A stretch of 19,281 bases of DNA from Anabaena azotica FACHB-119 (GTDB lineage: Bacteria; Cyanobacteriota; Cyanobacteriia; Cyanobacteriales; Nostocaceae): the NCBI RefSeq assembly GCF_014697625.1, contig NZ_JACJSG010000078.1, positions 1 through 19,281 of the forward strand. Direction: 5' to 3'. Positions 8,424 through 16,375 of this stretch are shown piece by piece. Position 1 is the stretch's first letter, and every line of letters starts with the position of its first letter. Both the position numbers and the translations under genes were made by a program. The notes under the pieces were generated by a model. It ran no database searches, was not told where the DNA came from, and was given only the letters and a program-made list of their open reading frames with translations.

Positions 8424-10907
8424 CTAATTATTACTAAACTTCACTATCCAGTTGTTCATCATCCCGGTCATATTTACTTGCTGTTCTAGGTCAGTTACTA
8501 TTACATATCTGGGCGGATTTTTGGTTATCTGGACAGCCTCCCGACTTTTCACTGGAATTTCTTCCTCTCCGAACATCGGTGTCATCTCGAACTGCCCTCC
8601 GTCGTGGTCATCTGCTTCAGTTATGTTTCTCACTCTGTCACTTATGTCACGTGCTGTATTATAGCTGAATCTCTCGGTCAGCTTGTCCTCCTCCATTTGT
8701 GTTGATGCTTGATAGTCGGGAGCTGACTGATTGAAACTTATATCCCATTGGTCTCTCCATGCGGTCTGTTGCTCATTTAGCCTTTCCACGGTCGATAGTG
8801 TAAACAAATATGGCTCCAAGCTTCGTGCTTCTTGAATTGTTATCTTGAGGTCTTCCGCCCAGCTTTTTGCTGTCACAAGATGAGCTATTGCATCAACTAG
8901 TTTCGTTTCTTTTTCCCTCGCCATGTCCAACTCCTTTTTGATCAAATCTGTCGATAGTGGAGCCAAGACTGATGGATCTTTCATCTTTGTTATTTCCCCG
9001 GCAACGTCCAATAATTCCAGGGCAATTTCTCCCGCTGCTACTCTGAGCAGCCTTGCCAGTTCTTTATCTATGATCTCTTGATTCTCGGATAATAGCTTTT
9101 CTGCTATTTGTTTTGGTTCGCCAACATCTGGAAAAGTTTTGACCAGTAGGCTGATAATATCCTCTTTGCTTACACTACTACTTGGCGACCACTGCACACC
9201 AATTAGCTGGCGCTCATTAAAGTTTACTCTCATAGATGGACCCCCGACTTGCTGTACTTGTGTTACAGGTACAACCGCATCTTGAATCTCAACTCCAAAT
9301 GGTTGCCCTAATGTTGGTGACATGGTGCCATGCTGTCGTGTTGTCGGTGCCATCGTACCAGTTGTCCAAGCTGTCATATGCCATTTCGTTGGTATCCTTC
9401 TTGGTATGGTAATAGCTGTGTTCAGATATATCGCGTCGTATTTCGGTTTATTGGAGATAACTGGTCGTTTCACCAAATCGGCTATTGTTAGTTGATAATC
9501 AGACGGGTATGTCAGGTCAACTTTGACACATACCTCAGAACCGCTCCGTGCCGTCTCTTTGATCTGATTTTCTGTAGCTGAGTAAACTGGTGTATTAAAT
9601 TGAGAAACTTGAGGTGCCAGGTTATAATATTGAAAGCTATTTGTAGTACCCGCAATTAGTTGATCGCCAATTAAGTGACCAGCATCATAAAACTTTTGTA
9701 AATCAACTCCTTGGAGCAGGTATTGCTCTGCTCGTGCCATAGCCGTCACAACTGATAATTCAGTCGCCTTCTCCCGTTCACCCTCCCTGATGGAGCGAGC
9801 ATCTACTAAGGCTGTAATAGATTTTGGACGCTCATAATTACCTAATCGTCTTGCAGTGGTTCCAGGCAGAAGTTGTTCTTTTAGAGGAACATTCGTGGCC
9901 TTTCTTATTGCTTCTGCTGGAGTGGGTAACGGATCGGATTGAATATCAACAAATTTTCGCTGTATGGTTGACAGATTCTGCGCTTGTGATGCAGTTTTGG
10001 CTACCTTCACCTGTGGCTGATGCGATCGCTCTACTGTCTCCCCTTTCTGCTGCACAACATGAGTCAACTCATGAGCCAACAACTCCTGCCCCCCTCGACT
10101 CCCCGGCTGATACGCCCCCTGCCGAAAGAACACATCCTGCCCAGTGGTAAATGCCTTCGCCTGTATCGACTGATTCAACTGGTCAGCCTGAGAATCCGTA
10201 TGCACGCGCACGCCACTAAAGTCAGCCCCAAACGCCTGCTCCATCGGTTCTCTAATGCTGTCGGCTAAGGGCTGTCCACCACCTCTAGCCCGTTGTATCC
10301 CCGCTTCGACATCTGGGGATGCTGCCATGCCACCGTCAGCCACACGCTGCACTATCGGCTTCATCTGTAATTCTTCTTCTTCGGACGACTGGTGCTGAAT
10401 ATTATCTACTGGCTTGGTTTGCAATTCCTCTTCTTCAGTTACAGTCTCTCGTTGAACTGGCTGATTTGGTGGCTGATGAATCCGTTGCACTACTTGAGTT
10501 GCGGTTTCGTCTGCTTGTTGCTCATACTTATCCCCAGGTTGCCCGATGGTGAGCTTGGCTTGTATTGGGGGTGATGCGTTGGGTCTACTAAACGCAATTC
10601 TATTAATGTTATGCCCATACGTAGCAGCATTTTCTAACCGCGTCTGCAATAATCCGTCCATCTTGGCTTGCAGCAGGGTTAAACGTTCTTGTCCCTGTGG
10701 CGTAATCGTGCCAAACTTCGCCTGTAGCTCCAATCCTGTAGCTTCCATCTTTTGTTCGGCAAAGGCGGCATCTTCCTTTTGCTGCTGTGTGCTGATGCTT
10801 TGTGTTTGGATACCAAACGGTCTAGACGCAAACTGTGATGATGTTTGGGATATTTGAGAATTACTGAAGGTGGGGCTTGCTTGTTTTTGAGTTTTTTGTG
10901 GAGGCAT
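8424..10907 (-). CDS. DUF4157 (zincin-like HExxH) polymorphic-toxin-type protein with an internal Endonuclease_NS_2-like His-Me nuclease domain and an unknown C-terminal extension
   Basis: 827-aa ORF. DUF4157 hallmarks are present: LTIGQPGDKYEQQADETATQVVQRI, two EEEELQxKP repeats, GGGQPLADSIREPMEQAFGADFSGVRVHTDSQA...AFTTGQDVFFRQGAYQP...LLAHELTHVVQQ. HELTH is at 10059-10073. The central segment FYDAGHLIGDQL...YYNLAPQVSQFN...ATENQIKE...VCVKVDLTYP matches the (D/R)GHLI...NL.PQ...N...E pattern (GH at 9675-9680). Residues ~530-827 carry nothing I recognise. Confidence 0.85.
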   Translation of the reverse strand: MPPQKTQKQASPTFSNSQISQTSSQFASRPFGIQTQSISTQQQKEDAAFAEQKMEATGLELQAKFGTITPQGQERLTLLQAKMDGLLQTRLENAATYGHNINRIAFSRPNASPPIQAKLTIGQPGDKYEQQADETATQVVQRIHQPPNQPVQRETVTEEEELQTKPVDNIQHQSSEEEELQMKPIVQRVADGGMAASPDVEAGIQRARGGGQPLADSIREPMEQAFGADFSGVRVHTDSQADQLNQSIQAKAFTTGQDVFFRQGAYQPGSRGGQELLAHELTHVVQQKGETVERSHQPQVKVAKTASQAQNLSTIQRKFVDIQSDPLPTPAEAIRKATNVPLKEQLLPGTTARRLGNYERPKSITALVDARSIREGEREKATELSVVTAMARAEQYLLQGVDLQKFYDAGHLIGDQLIAGTTNSFQYYNLAPQVSQFNTPVYSATENQIKETARSGSEVCVKVDLTYPSDYQLTIADLVKRPVISNKPKYDAIYLNTAITIPRRIPTKWHMTAWTTGTMAPTTRQHGTMSPTLGQPFGVEIQDAVVPVTQVQQVGGPSMRVNFNERQLIGVQWSPSSSVSKEDIISLLVKTFPDVGEPKQIAEKLLSENQEIIDKELARLLRVAAGEIALELLDVAGEITKMKDPSVLAPLSTDLIKKELDMAREKETKLVDAIAHLVTAKSWAEDLKITIQEARSLEPYLFTLSTVERLNEQQTAWRDQWDISFNQSAPDYQASTQMEEDKLTERFSYNTARDISDRVRNITEADDHDGGQFEMTPMFGEEEIPVKSREAVQITKNPPRYVIVTDLEQQVNMTGMMNNWIVKFSNN

Positions 10908-11442
10908 ATTTCACCCTGTGTTTGTTACTGTTAGATTCCACTTAACCGCACACTTGTTAAATTCAGCATGAATACTTACTGTATCCAAACTCAAGAGTTG
11001 CTGGGGGCAAATGCCCAATGTACACTCAACCTCACTGATAATTGATAAAAGCTTACCCAAGTACAGCAATATCAATGTTTTCGATATCCAACACAGAAGG
11101 AAATCAATTAAAAATTTGTGACAGATTAGGACACACTATCGGTACAAAATGCTATCAAATCAATGATAAGAATAGTATCAATAACTTAGGGTAAAAGATA
11201 GCCTTTGAGTCAGGTGGTTAATAATCTGTAAATATACTGCTGTTAATTTGCTATCTACACCTCAGCAGCCTCCGTCATTTATTTGTACTTAGTTGCTCAA
11301 TTTATCTGGTGCAATGTGCGGTGGACTATGCCCTGGCTTGTTGCGATTGCCTTGACAATGACCCCTGGCGAGAAGAGGTTAGCCTAGCGATTGGAGGAGA
11401 AATTAAAGGATGATTATTTGCTGTAATATAACGTGCCAGTAG

Positions 11443-11929
11443 GGAAAAACGGTTGCCGGAAGACAAAGGACTGTGCCAGATTTAATCAAATTGCCCAGTT
11501 TTAAGCATGAGGTAGAATACTTACTTAGTCGAGCGGGTGCAACAATTGCATGAGCGAGATATAGCTTGGAACGAAATGGCAATTATCTACCGCTCGAAGT
11601 TCACGGGCAATCACATCTACCAGGATTTCCAGAAACTGAGAATACCTGTTGAATTAGTCAATGCCAACAATGACAGCCGCAACTATCACCCAGACGAACA
11701 AAGCATTAAACTCATAACCATGTTTTCATCCAAAGGGCTAGAGTTTCCAGTAGTGCTTATCCCCAGCATTGGCTTCATGCCCCATCAATACAATACACCC
11801 GAAGAGGAAGCGCGGCTGCTGTATGTGGGGATGACACGGGCAATTGATCAGCTAATTATGACCTGCGATCGCAAGAGTGGATTTACTGAGCGTTTGGAGG
11901 CGGTGTTGGGGAAGGTGGCAGTTAGATAA
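11443..11929 (+). pseudogene. 3' remnant of a UvrD/PcrA-type SF1 helicase
   Basis: ORF 11537-11929 carries the C-terminal helicase motifs (ITMFSSKGLEFPVVLIP, EEARLLYVGMTRAIDQLIMT) but is only 130 aa. Another frame upstream (11443-11538) reads GKTVAGRQRTVPDLIKLPSFKHEVEYLLSRAG. That plausibly continues the same protein across a frameshift near 11533-11538. No N-terminal ATPase domain is present. Confidence 0.65.
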
Positions 11930-12114
11930 TGAGGCTGAAGTGTGAGCGATCAGCGAGGCTGGGCGCTTTGCGCCATCGCGCAGCGTTTCCACCTGCTTTT
12001 GGCACAACAGTCTCTCGATATAATAGTGGTGAATTATATCAGCTTACTAAGCACCTTTTGACGTGAGGTCGGGCATTGGCGATCGCTATGTCGATGACTT
12101 GGCTTGCGCCTACG

Positions 12115-12169
12115 CTACCAAAACAAAACTAGACGGTATAGTTTGCCCCTGATGACAGCCTCGCCAGTT
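12115..12169. repeat. ~55-bp direct repeat, copy 1
   Basis: ctaccaaaacaaaactagacggtatagtttgcccctgatgacagcctcgccagtt. It recurs at 12273-12329 with a few substitutions and indels. Confidence 0.8.
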
Positions 12170-12272
12170 CTAAGTCTACTGCTTGAGCGTCTTGCTGTAG
12201 CTAATTAGCTATCTCTTTTATCAACAGGGCATACTCGTTGATTATTTTACTTTTATAGGAAATGTGCGATGT

Positions 12273-12329
12273 CTACCCAAAACAAAACTAGACGGTATAG
12301 TTTGCCCCTGGTGACAGCTCCCGCCAGTT
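12273..12329. repeat. ~55-bp direct repeat, copy 2
   Basis: ctacccaaaacaaaactagacggtatagtttgcccctggtgacagctcccgccagtt. Same orientation as copy 1, 158 bp downstream of it. Confidence 0.8.
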
Positions 12330-12336
12330 ATACCTC

Positions 12337-12382
12337 AAGGAGCGATCGCGTACTGCGCCCACGCCAAGAGCGATCGCTCCTT
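12337..12382. repeat. 13-bp inverted repeat built from two HIP1 sites
   Basis: aaggagcgatcgc (12337-12349) and gcgatcgctcctt (12370-12382) are perfect complements separated by 20 nt. Confidence 0.7.
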
Positions 12383-12682
12383 GCTGATGTATACCAGTGA
12401 GGGCGAATTAGTCGGTGCAGAGATTTTTGGAGTTGCCTGGAAGCTGAACCGAGCTTATTGACTGTGCTGGAGTCAGTGAAGAGCGGCTGTTGCAATCACG
12501 CTCTTCGTTCTGGAGCCAAGGCGATGTCGATAAAGAGGCTTGCACTATCGCACCTTCAAAAATGCTGCATGGATTATGAGCCTAAAAATATTTAACTAAA
12601 GTTTTCTTCCATTAATTGCGTAGTTTAGAATAAAAACCATGTAGTAACAGTAAAATATGATGCTGAATTGCAGGGGTAGTAG

Positions 12683-13123
12683 ATGGAGCCATTAACTGCG
12701 GGTGCGATCGCTATTGGTACTATAGTTGCTACCAAAGCTTTAGAGAAAACAACAGAAAAGGGAACAGAATTTTTATTGGATAAAGCTGGGAAGTTTTTAG
12801 TGACCTTGAAAAAACACTCCCCCAATACTGTAGTTGCGATTGAGAAAGCACCCCAAGAACCACTCGATTACGGTAAAGCTGTACTGGAAGTAGAATCTGC
12901 GGCTAAGGACAATCCTGAACTGGCTCAAGCTGCACAGGAATTGGCAACAGCAGCACAAACTAATCCACCATCAAACTTGGCGGAAATTTTGAGGGAGATA
13001 AAAGCATCTATAGAAAAATCGCAACAATCATACCCAACAAGTTTTATTCAAAACATTGAAAAAGCGATTAATGCAGCGCAGACACAAACCATTGATCAAA
13101 GAGGAAGTACCTTTAATATTTGA
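12683..13123 (+). CDS. 146-aa all-helical N-terminal (effector- or adaptor-like) module of the NLR locus, ending at an in-frame TGA
   Basis: ATG 12683 follows AGGGGTAG. The N-terminal Gly/Ala-rich hydrophobic helix is LTAGAIAIGTIVATKALEK, and the rest is predicted helical by composition. The stop TGA at 13121-13123 is in the same frame as the downstream NB-ARC ORF. Confidence 0.7.
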   Translation: MEPLTAGAIAIGTIVATKALEKTTEKGTEFLLDKAGKFLVTLKKHSPNTVVAIEKAPQEPLDYGKAVLEVESAAKDNPELAQAAQELATAAQTNPPSNLAEILREIKASIEKSQQSYPTSFIQNIEKAINAAQTQTIDQRGSTFNI

Positions 13124-13237
13124 CTACAGTCGCCCGAACGGGAACGGGTAAAGTCAAATCCCCCACAAAATATTCCTCCCAGCAATACAAATGAATTTGT
13201 TGGAAGAGAAACAGAATTAAAACGCCTCCACCAAGAG

Positions 13238-16200
13238 TTGCAACGCAATGATTCGGTGATAATTGCTGCTGTAGAAGGGATGGGGGGAGTTGGGAAAACA
13301 GAATTGGCAATCCGTTATTCACTGCTACATTGGCAGTTGAGCAATTACCCTGGCGGTATTTGCTGGTTAAGAGCAAGAGAAGAAGAAATTGGTTCACAAA
13401 TAATACAATTTGCGATAACAGACTTGGGCTTGCAACCGCCAGAAGATTTGGAATTACAACAACAAGTACGTTGGTGCTGGCAACGTTGGCGGCAGGGTGA
13501 CACGCTAATAGTTCTTGATGATGTTACAAATTACAGTCACATCGAACCGTATTTACCACCTCAAGCATCCCAATTCAAAGTACTAATTACTACACGCCTC
13601 AAACTAGATTTAGCTAGTTCTCTGCTTTTGTCAGTTTTGTCAGAAAAAGACGCACTCTTGTTACTAGCTCAATTGATTGGTGAAGAAAAGCGAAATCAAG
13701 AATTAGGACAAGCTGAAGAACTTTGTCAGAGGTTAGGCTATTTGCCCTTAGCTTTACAATTAGTTGGCTGTTATGTCAAGAAACGCAAGTTAACTTTAGC
13801 CGAAATGCTGCGACGGTTAGAAGAAAAAGGGTTAGGTCATCCTTCCTTAATCGTGAAGGAAAATGACTCAACTTGGACTAGAAACGTCAAACTTGGAGTA
13901 GCGGCGGCTTTTGAATTGAGTTGGTTAGACTTAAGTGATGATGCTCAACAGTTGGGTTGTTTGCTGAGTTTATTTGCTAATGCTCCCATTCCTTGGTCGT
14001 TGGTGGTAGGTGCTACATCTGAGCAAGACCCTGAAGAATTAGAAGATGCCAGAGTTGAACTAGAAAATTTGCACTTACTACAGGGTGAAGAAAATTATCA
14101 ATTACATCAACTAATTCGTGAGTTTTTGAGAGGCAAGCAAAACAACTTAGTTACAGCATCCGAGCAGAAGTATAATTTCTGTCGAGCAATGGTAGAAGTG
14201 GCAAAGACTATTCCTGATTCACTAACTCAAAAGTTTATTAATTCACTGAAAGAAGCTATTCCACATTTGGCAGAGGTCGCGCAAAATTTGACTGATGCAG
14301 TTAATGATGAAGATTTAATTTTGGTTTTTAATAGTTTAGATAGATTTTATTCGGAACAGGGTTTGTATGCGCTTGCTCAACCCTGGTGTGAGCAATGTGT
14401 ATCAGTAATAGAATCCCGTTTAGGACAACAGCATCCTCATGTTGCCGTCAGTTACAATAATCTTGCGAGACTCTACTGTTCTCTAGGACGGTATACCGAA
14501 GCTGAACCACTCTTTGTCAAGGCACTGGAACTAAGGCAGAACCTATTAGGGGAGTCACATCCTCATGTCGCCGCCAGTTATAACAACCTAGCAGGACTCT
14601 ACTGTTCTTTAGGACGGTATACCGAAGCTGAACTACTCTTTGTCAAGGCACTAGAACTAAGGCAAAGCCTGCTGGGAGAATTGCATCCTGATGTCGCCGC
14701 CAGTTACAACAATCTAGCCGAACTTTATCGCTCTCAAGGAAGGTATACGGAAGCTGAACCACTTTTTGTCAAGGCACTGGAAGTAGAACAAAGGTTGATA
14801 GGAAAATCACATCCTCATGTCGCCACCAATTACAACAACTTAGCTAATCTCTACTATTCTCAAGGACGGTACATGGAGTCCGAATCTTTGTACGTCATGG
14901 CATTAGAATTACGACAAAGCCTGCTGGGAGAGTCACATCCTGATGTCGCCGCCAGTTACAACAACTTAGCTAATCTCTACTATTCTCAAGGACGATATAC
15001 AGAAGCTGAACCACTGTTTGTCAAAGCCTTAGAACTAAGACAACGCTTGTTCGGAAAGTCACATCCTCATGTCGCCATTAATTACAACACCCTAGCGAAC
15101 CTTTATCGTTCCCAAGGACGATACTCGGAGGCTAAAACTTTGTACATCAAGGCATTGGAACTAAGGCAAAGCCTGCTGGGAGAATTGCATCCTCATGTTG
15201 CCACCAGTTATAACAGCCTTGGACAACTCTATTGTTCTCAAGGACGATACACAGAAGCTGAACCACTTACGGTCAAGGCACTGGAACTAAGGCAGAACCT
15301 ATTGGGGGAGTTACATCCTGATGTTGCCACCAGTTATAACGACCTTGGACAACTCTATTGTTCTCAAGGACGATACACAGAAGCTGAACCACTTACGGTC
15401 AAGGCACTGGAACTAAGGCAGAACCTATTAGGGAAGTTACATCCTGATGTTGCCACCAGTTATGACAACCTTGCAGCACTATACTATCGGCAAGGACGAT
15501 ACACAGAAGCTGAACCACTTACGGTCAAGGCACTGGAACTAAGGCAAAACCTATTGGGGGAATCGCATCCTCATGTTGCCACCAGTTATAACAGCCTTGG
15601 ACAACTCTATAGTTCTCAAGGACGGTATACAGAAGCTGAACCACTCTTTGTCAAGGCACTGGAACTAAGGCAAAACCTATTGGGGGAGTTACATCCTGAT
15701 GTTGCCACCAGTTATAACGGCCTTGCAGCACTATACTATTGGCAAGGACGGTACGCAGAAGCTGAACCACTCTTTGTCAAGGCACTGGAACTAAGGCAAA
15801 GCCTATTGGGGGAATTACATCCTGATGTTGCCACCAGTTATGACAACCTTGCAGGACTATACTATTCTCAAGGACGGTATACAGAAGCTGAACCACTTAC
15901 GGTCAAGGCGTTGGAACTAAGGCAGAACCTACTGGGGGAGTTGCACCCTGATATCGCTACCAGTTATAACAACCTTGCAGGACTATACTATTCTCAAGGA
16001 CGGTATACGGAAGCTGAACTACTTTTAATCAAGGCACTGGAACTAAGGCAAAGCCTGCTGGGAGAATTGCATCCTGATGTCGCAGCCATTTATAACGATC
16101 TTGCAGGATTATACTATTCTCAAGGACGGTATACGGAAGCTGAACCTTTGTTTCACCAAGCATTAAAAATTTATGAGCAAAAGTTAGGTGAGGGTCATCC

Positions 16201-16285
16201 AAAAACAATAATGCTTAGAAAAAATTATGCAGATAGTTTACGTAATTATGTATTTTTTTTAAGGAATAAACGAAGTAACTGTTAG
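13238..16285 (+). CDS. NB-ARC (STAND NTPase) - TPR repeat protein (bacterial NLR-like); true N-terminus uncertain
   Basis: NB-ARC motifs: Walker A GMGGVGKT (13277-13300), Walker B LIVLDDV, KVLITTR, GYLPLALQLVG, and the MHD-like LHQLIREF. About 15 TPR units of 42 aa follow. The frame is open back to 13124 and encodes NEFVGRETELKRLHQEL before the only candidate start, TTG at 13238. There is no in-frame ATG or GTG in 13124-13237. Confidence 0.85.
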   Translation: MQRNDSVIIAAVEGMGGVGKTELAIRYSLLHWQLSNYPGGICWLRAREEEIGSQIIQFAITDLGLQPPEDLELQQQVRWCWQRWRQGDTLIVLDDVTNYSHIEPYLPPQASQFKVLITTRLKLDLASSLLLSVLSEKDALLLLAQLIGEEKRNQELGQAEELCQRLGYLPLALQLVGCYVKKRKLTLAEMLRRLEEKGLGHPSLIVKENDSTWTRNVKLGVAAAFELSWLDLSDDAQQLGCLLSLFANAPIPWSLVVGATSEQDPEELEDARVELENLHLLQGEENYQLHQLIREFLRGKQNNLVTASEQKYNFCRAMVEVAKTIPDSLTQKFINSLKEAIPHLAEVAQNLTDAVNDEDLILVFNSLDRFYSEQGLYALAQPWCEQCVSVIESRLGQQHPHVAVSYNNLARLYCSLGRYTEAEPLFVKALELRQNLLGESHPHVAASYNNLAGLYCSLGRYTEAELLFVKALELRQSLLGELHPDVAASYNNLAELYRSQGRYTEAEPLFVKALEVEQRLIGKSHPHVATNYNNLANLYYSQGRYMESESLYVMALELRQSLLGESHPDVAASYNNLANLYYSQGRYTEAEPLFVKALELRQRLFGKSHPHVAINYNTLANLYRSQGRYSEAKTLYIKALELRQSLLGELHPHVATSYNSLGQLYCSQGRYTEAEPLTVKALELRQNLLGELHPDVATSYNDLGQLYCSQGRYTEAEPLTVKALELRQNLLGKLHPDVATSYDNLAALYYRQGRYTEAEPLTVKALELRQNLLGESHPHVATSYNSLGQLYSSQGRYTEAEPLFVKALELRQNLLGELHPDVATSYNGLAALYYWQGRYAEAEPLFVKALELRQSLLGELHPDVATSYDNLAGLYYSQGRYTEAEPLTVKALELRQNLLGELHPDIATSYNNLAGLYYSQGRYTEAELLLIKALELRQSLLGELHPDVAAIYNDLAGLYYSQGRYTEAEPLFHQALKIYEQKLGEGHPKTIMLRKNYADSLRNYVFFLRNKRSNC
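14432..16195 (+). repeat. 14 tandem, near-identical 126-bp (42-aa TPR) coding repeats
   Basis: Unit consensus is HP(H/D)VA.SYN.LA.LY.SQGRYTEAEPL.VKALELRQ.LLGE. The period is exactly 126 nt starting at 14432. Adjacent units, for example 15188-15313 and 15314-15439, differ at only about 5 positions. Confidence 0.9.
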
Positions 16286-16297
16286 ATATTACACCTT

Positions 16298-16343
16298 TGA
16301 TGCAGAACGTTTAATGTTTGCTGATGGCTTTACTTCTGCATCA
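16298..16343. terminator. hairpin between convergent genes (possible bidirectional terminator)
   Basis: 10-bp inverted repeat tgatgcagaa (16298-16307) / ttctgcatca (16334-16343) with a 26-nt loop. It lies between the stop of the NLR gene (16285) and the stop of the minus-strand gene (16382). Confidence 0.35.
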
Positions 16344-16375
16344 GTTTAAGTGACCTCGGCGCGATCGCCCCAAAC

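Noticed and set aside
8452-10857. Seven + strand ORFs of 60-108 aa (8452-8664, 9824-10150, 10020-10268, 10319-10552, 10392-10574, 10546-10857 and others) overlapping the 827-aa gene
   Set aside because: All lie antisense within one long, motif-rich minus-strand ORF. Their compositions are odd (Leu/Cys/Ser/Pro-rich) and they have no RBS, so they are shadow ORFs.
11142-11155. GTA-N8-TAT as an NtcA-type site
   Set aside because: It deviates from the GTA-N8-TAC consensus at a critical base, and no properly spaced -10 box was identified.
11999-12024. TTGGCA ... TATAAT as a sigma70-type promoter driving the repeat region
   Set aside because: The spacer is only 14 nt by my count, which is too short for a canonical promoter. 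It is kept only as a remote possibility.
12115-12329. The two 55-bp repeats as a mini-CRISPR array, tRNA or DGR TR/VR pair
   Set aside because: There are only two copies. I could draw no cloverleaf, no reverse transcriptase or cas gene is nearby, and the differences are not adenine-specific.
14432-16195. Regular repeat array as a possible CRISPR or satellite
   Set aside because: The period is 126 nt with no unique spacers. The array is entirely in frame within a long ORF and encodes canonical 42-aa TPR units.
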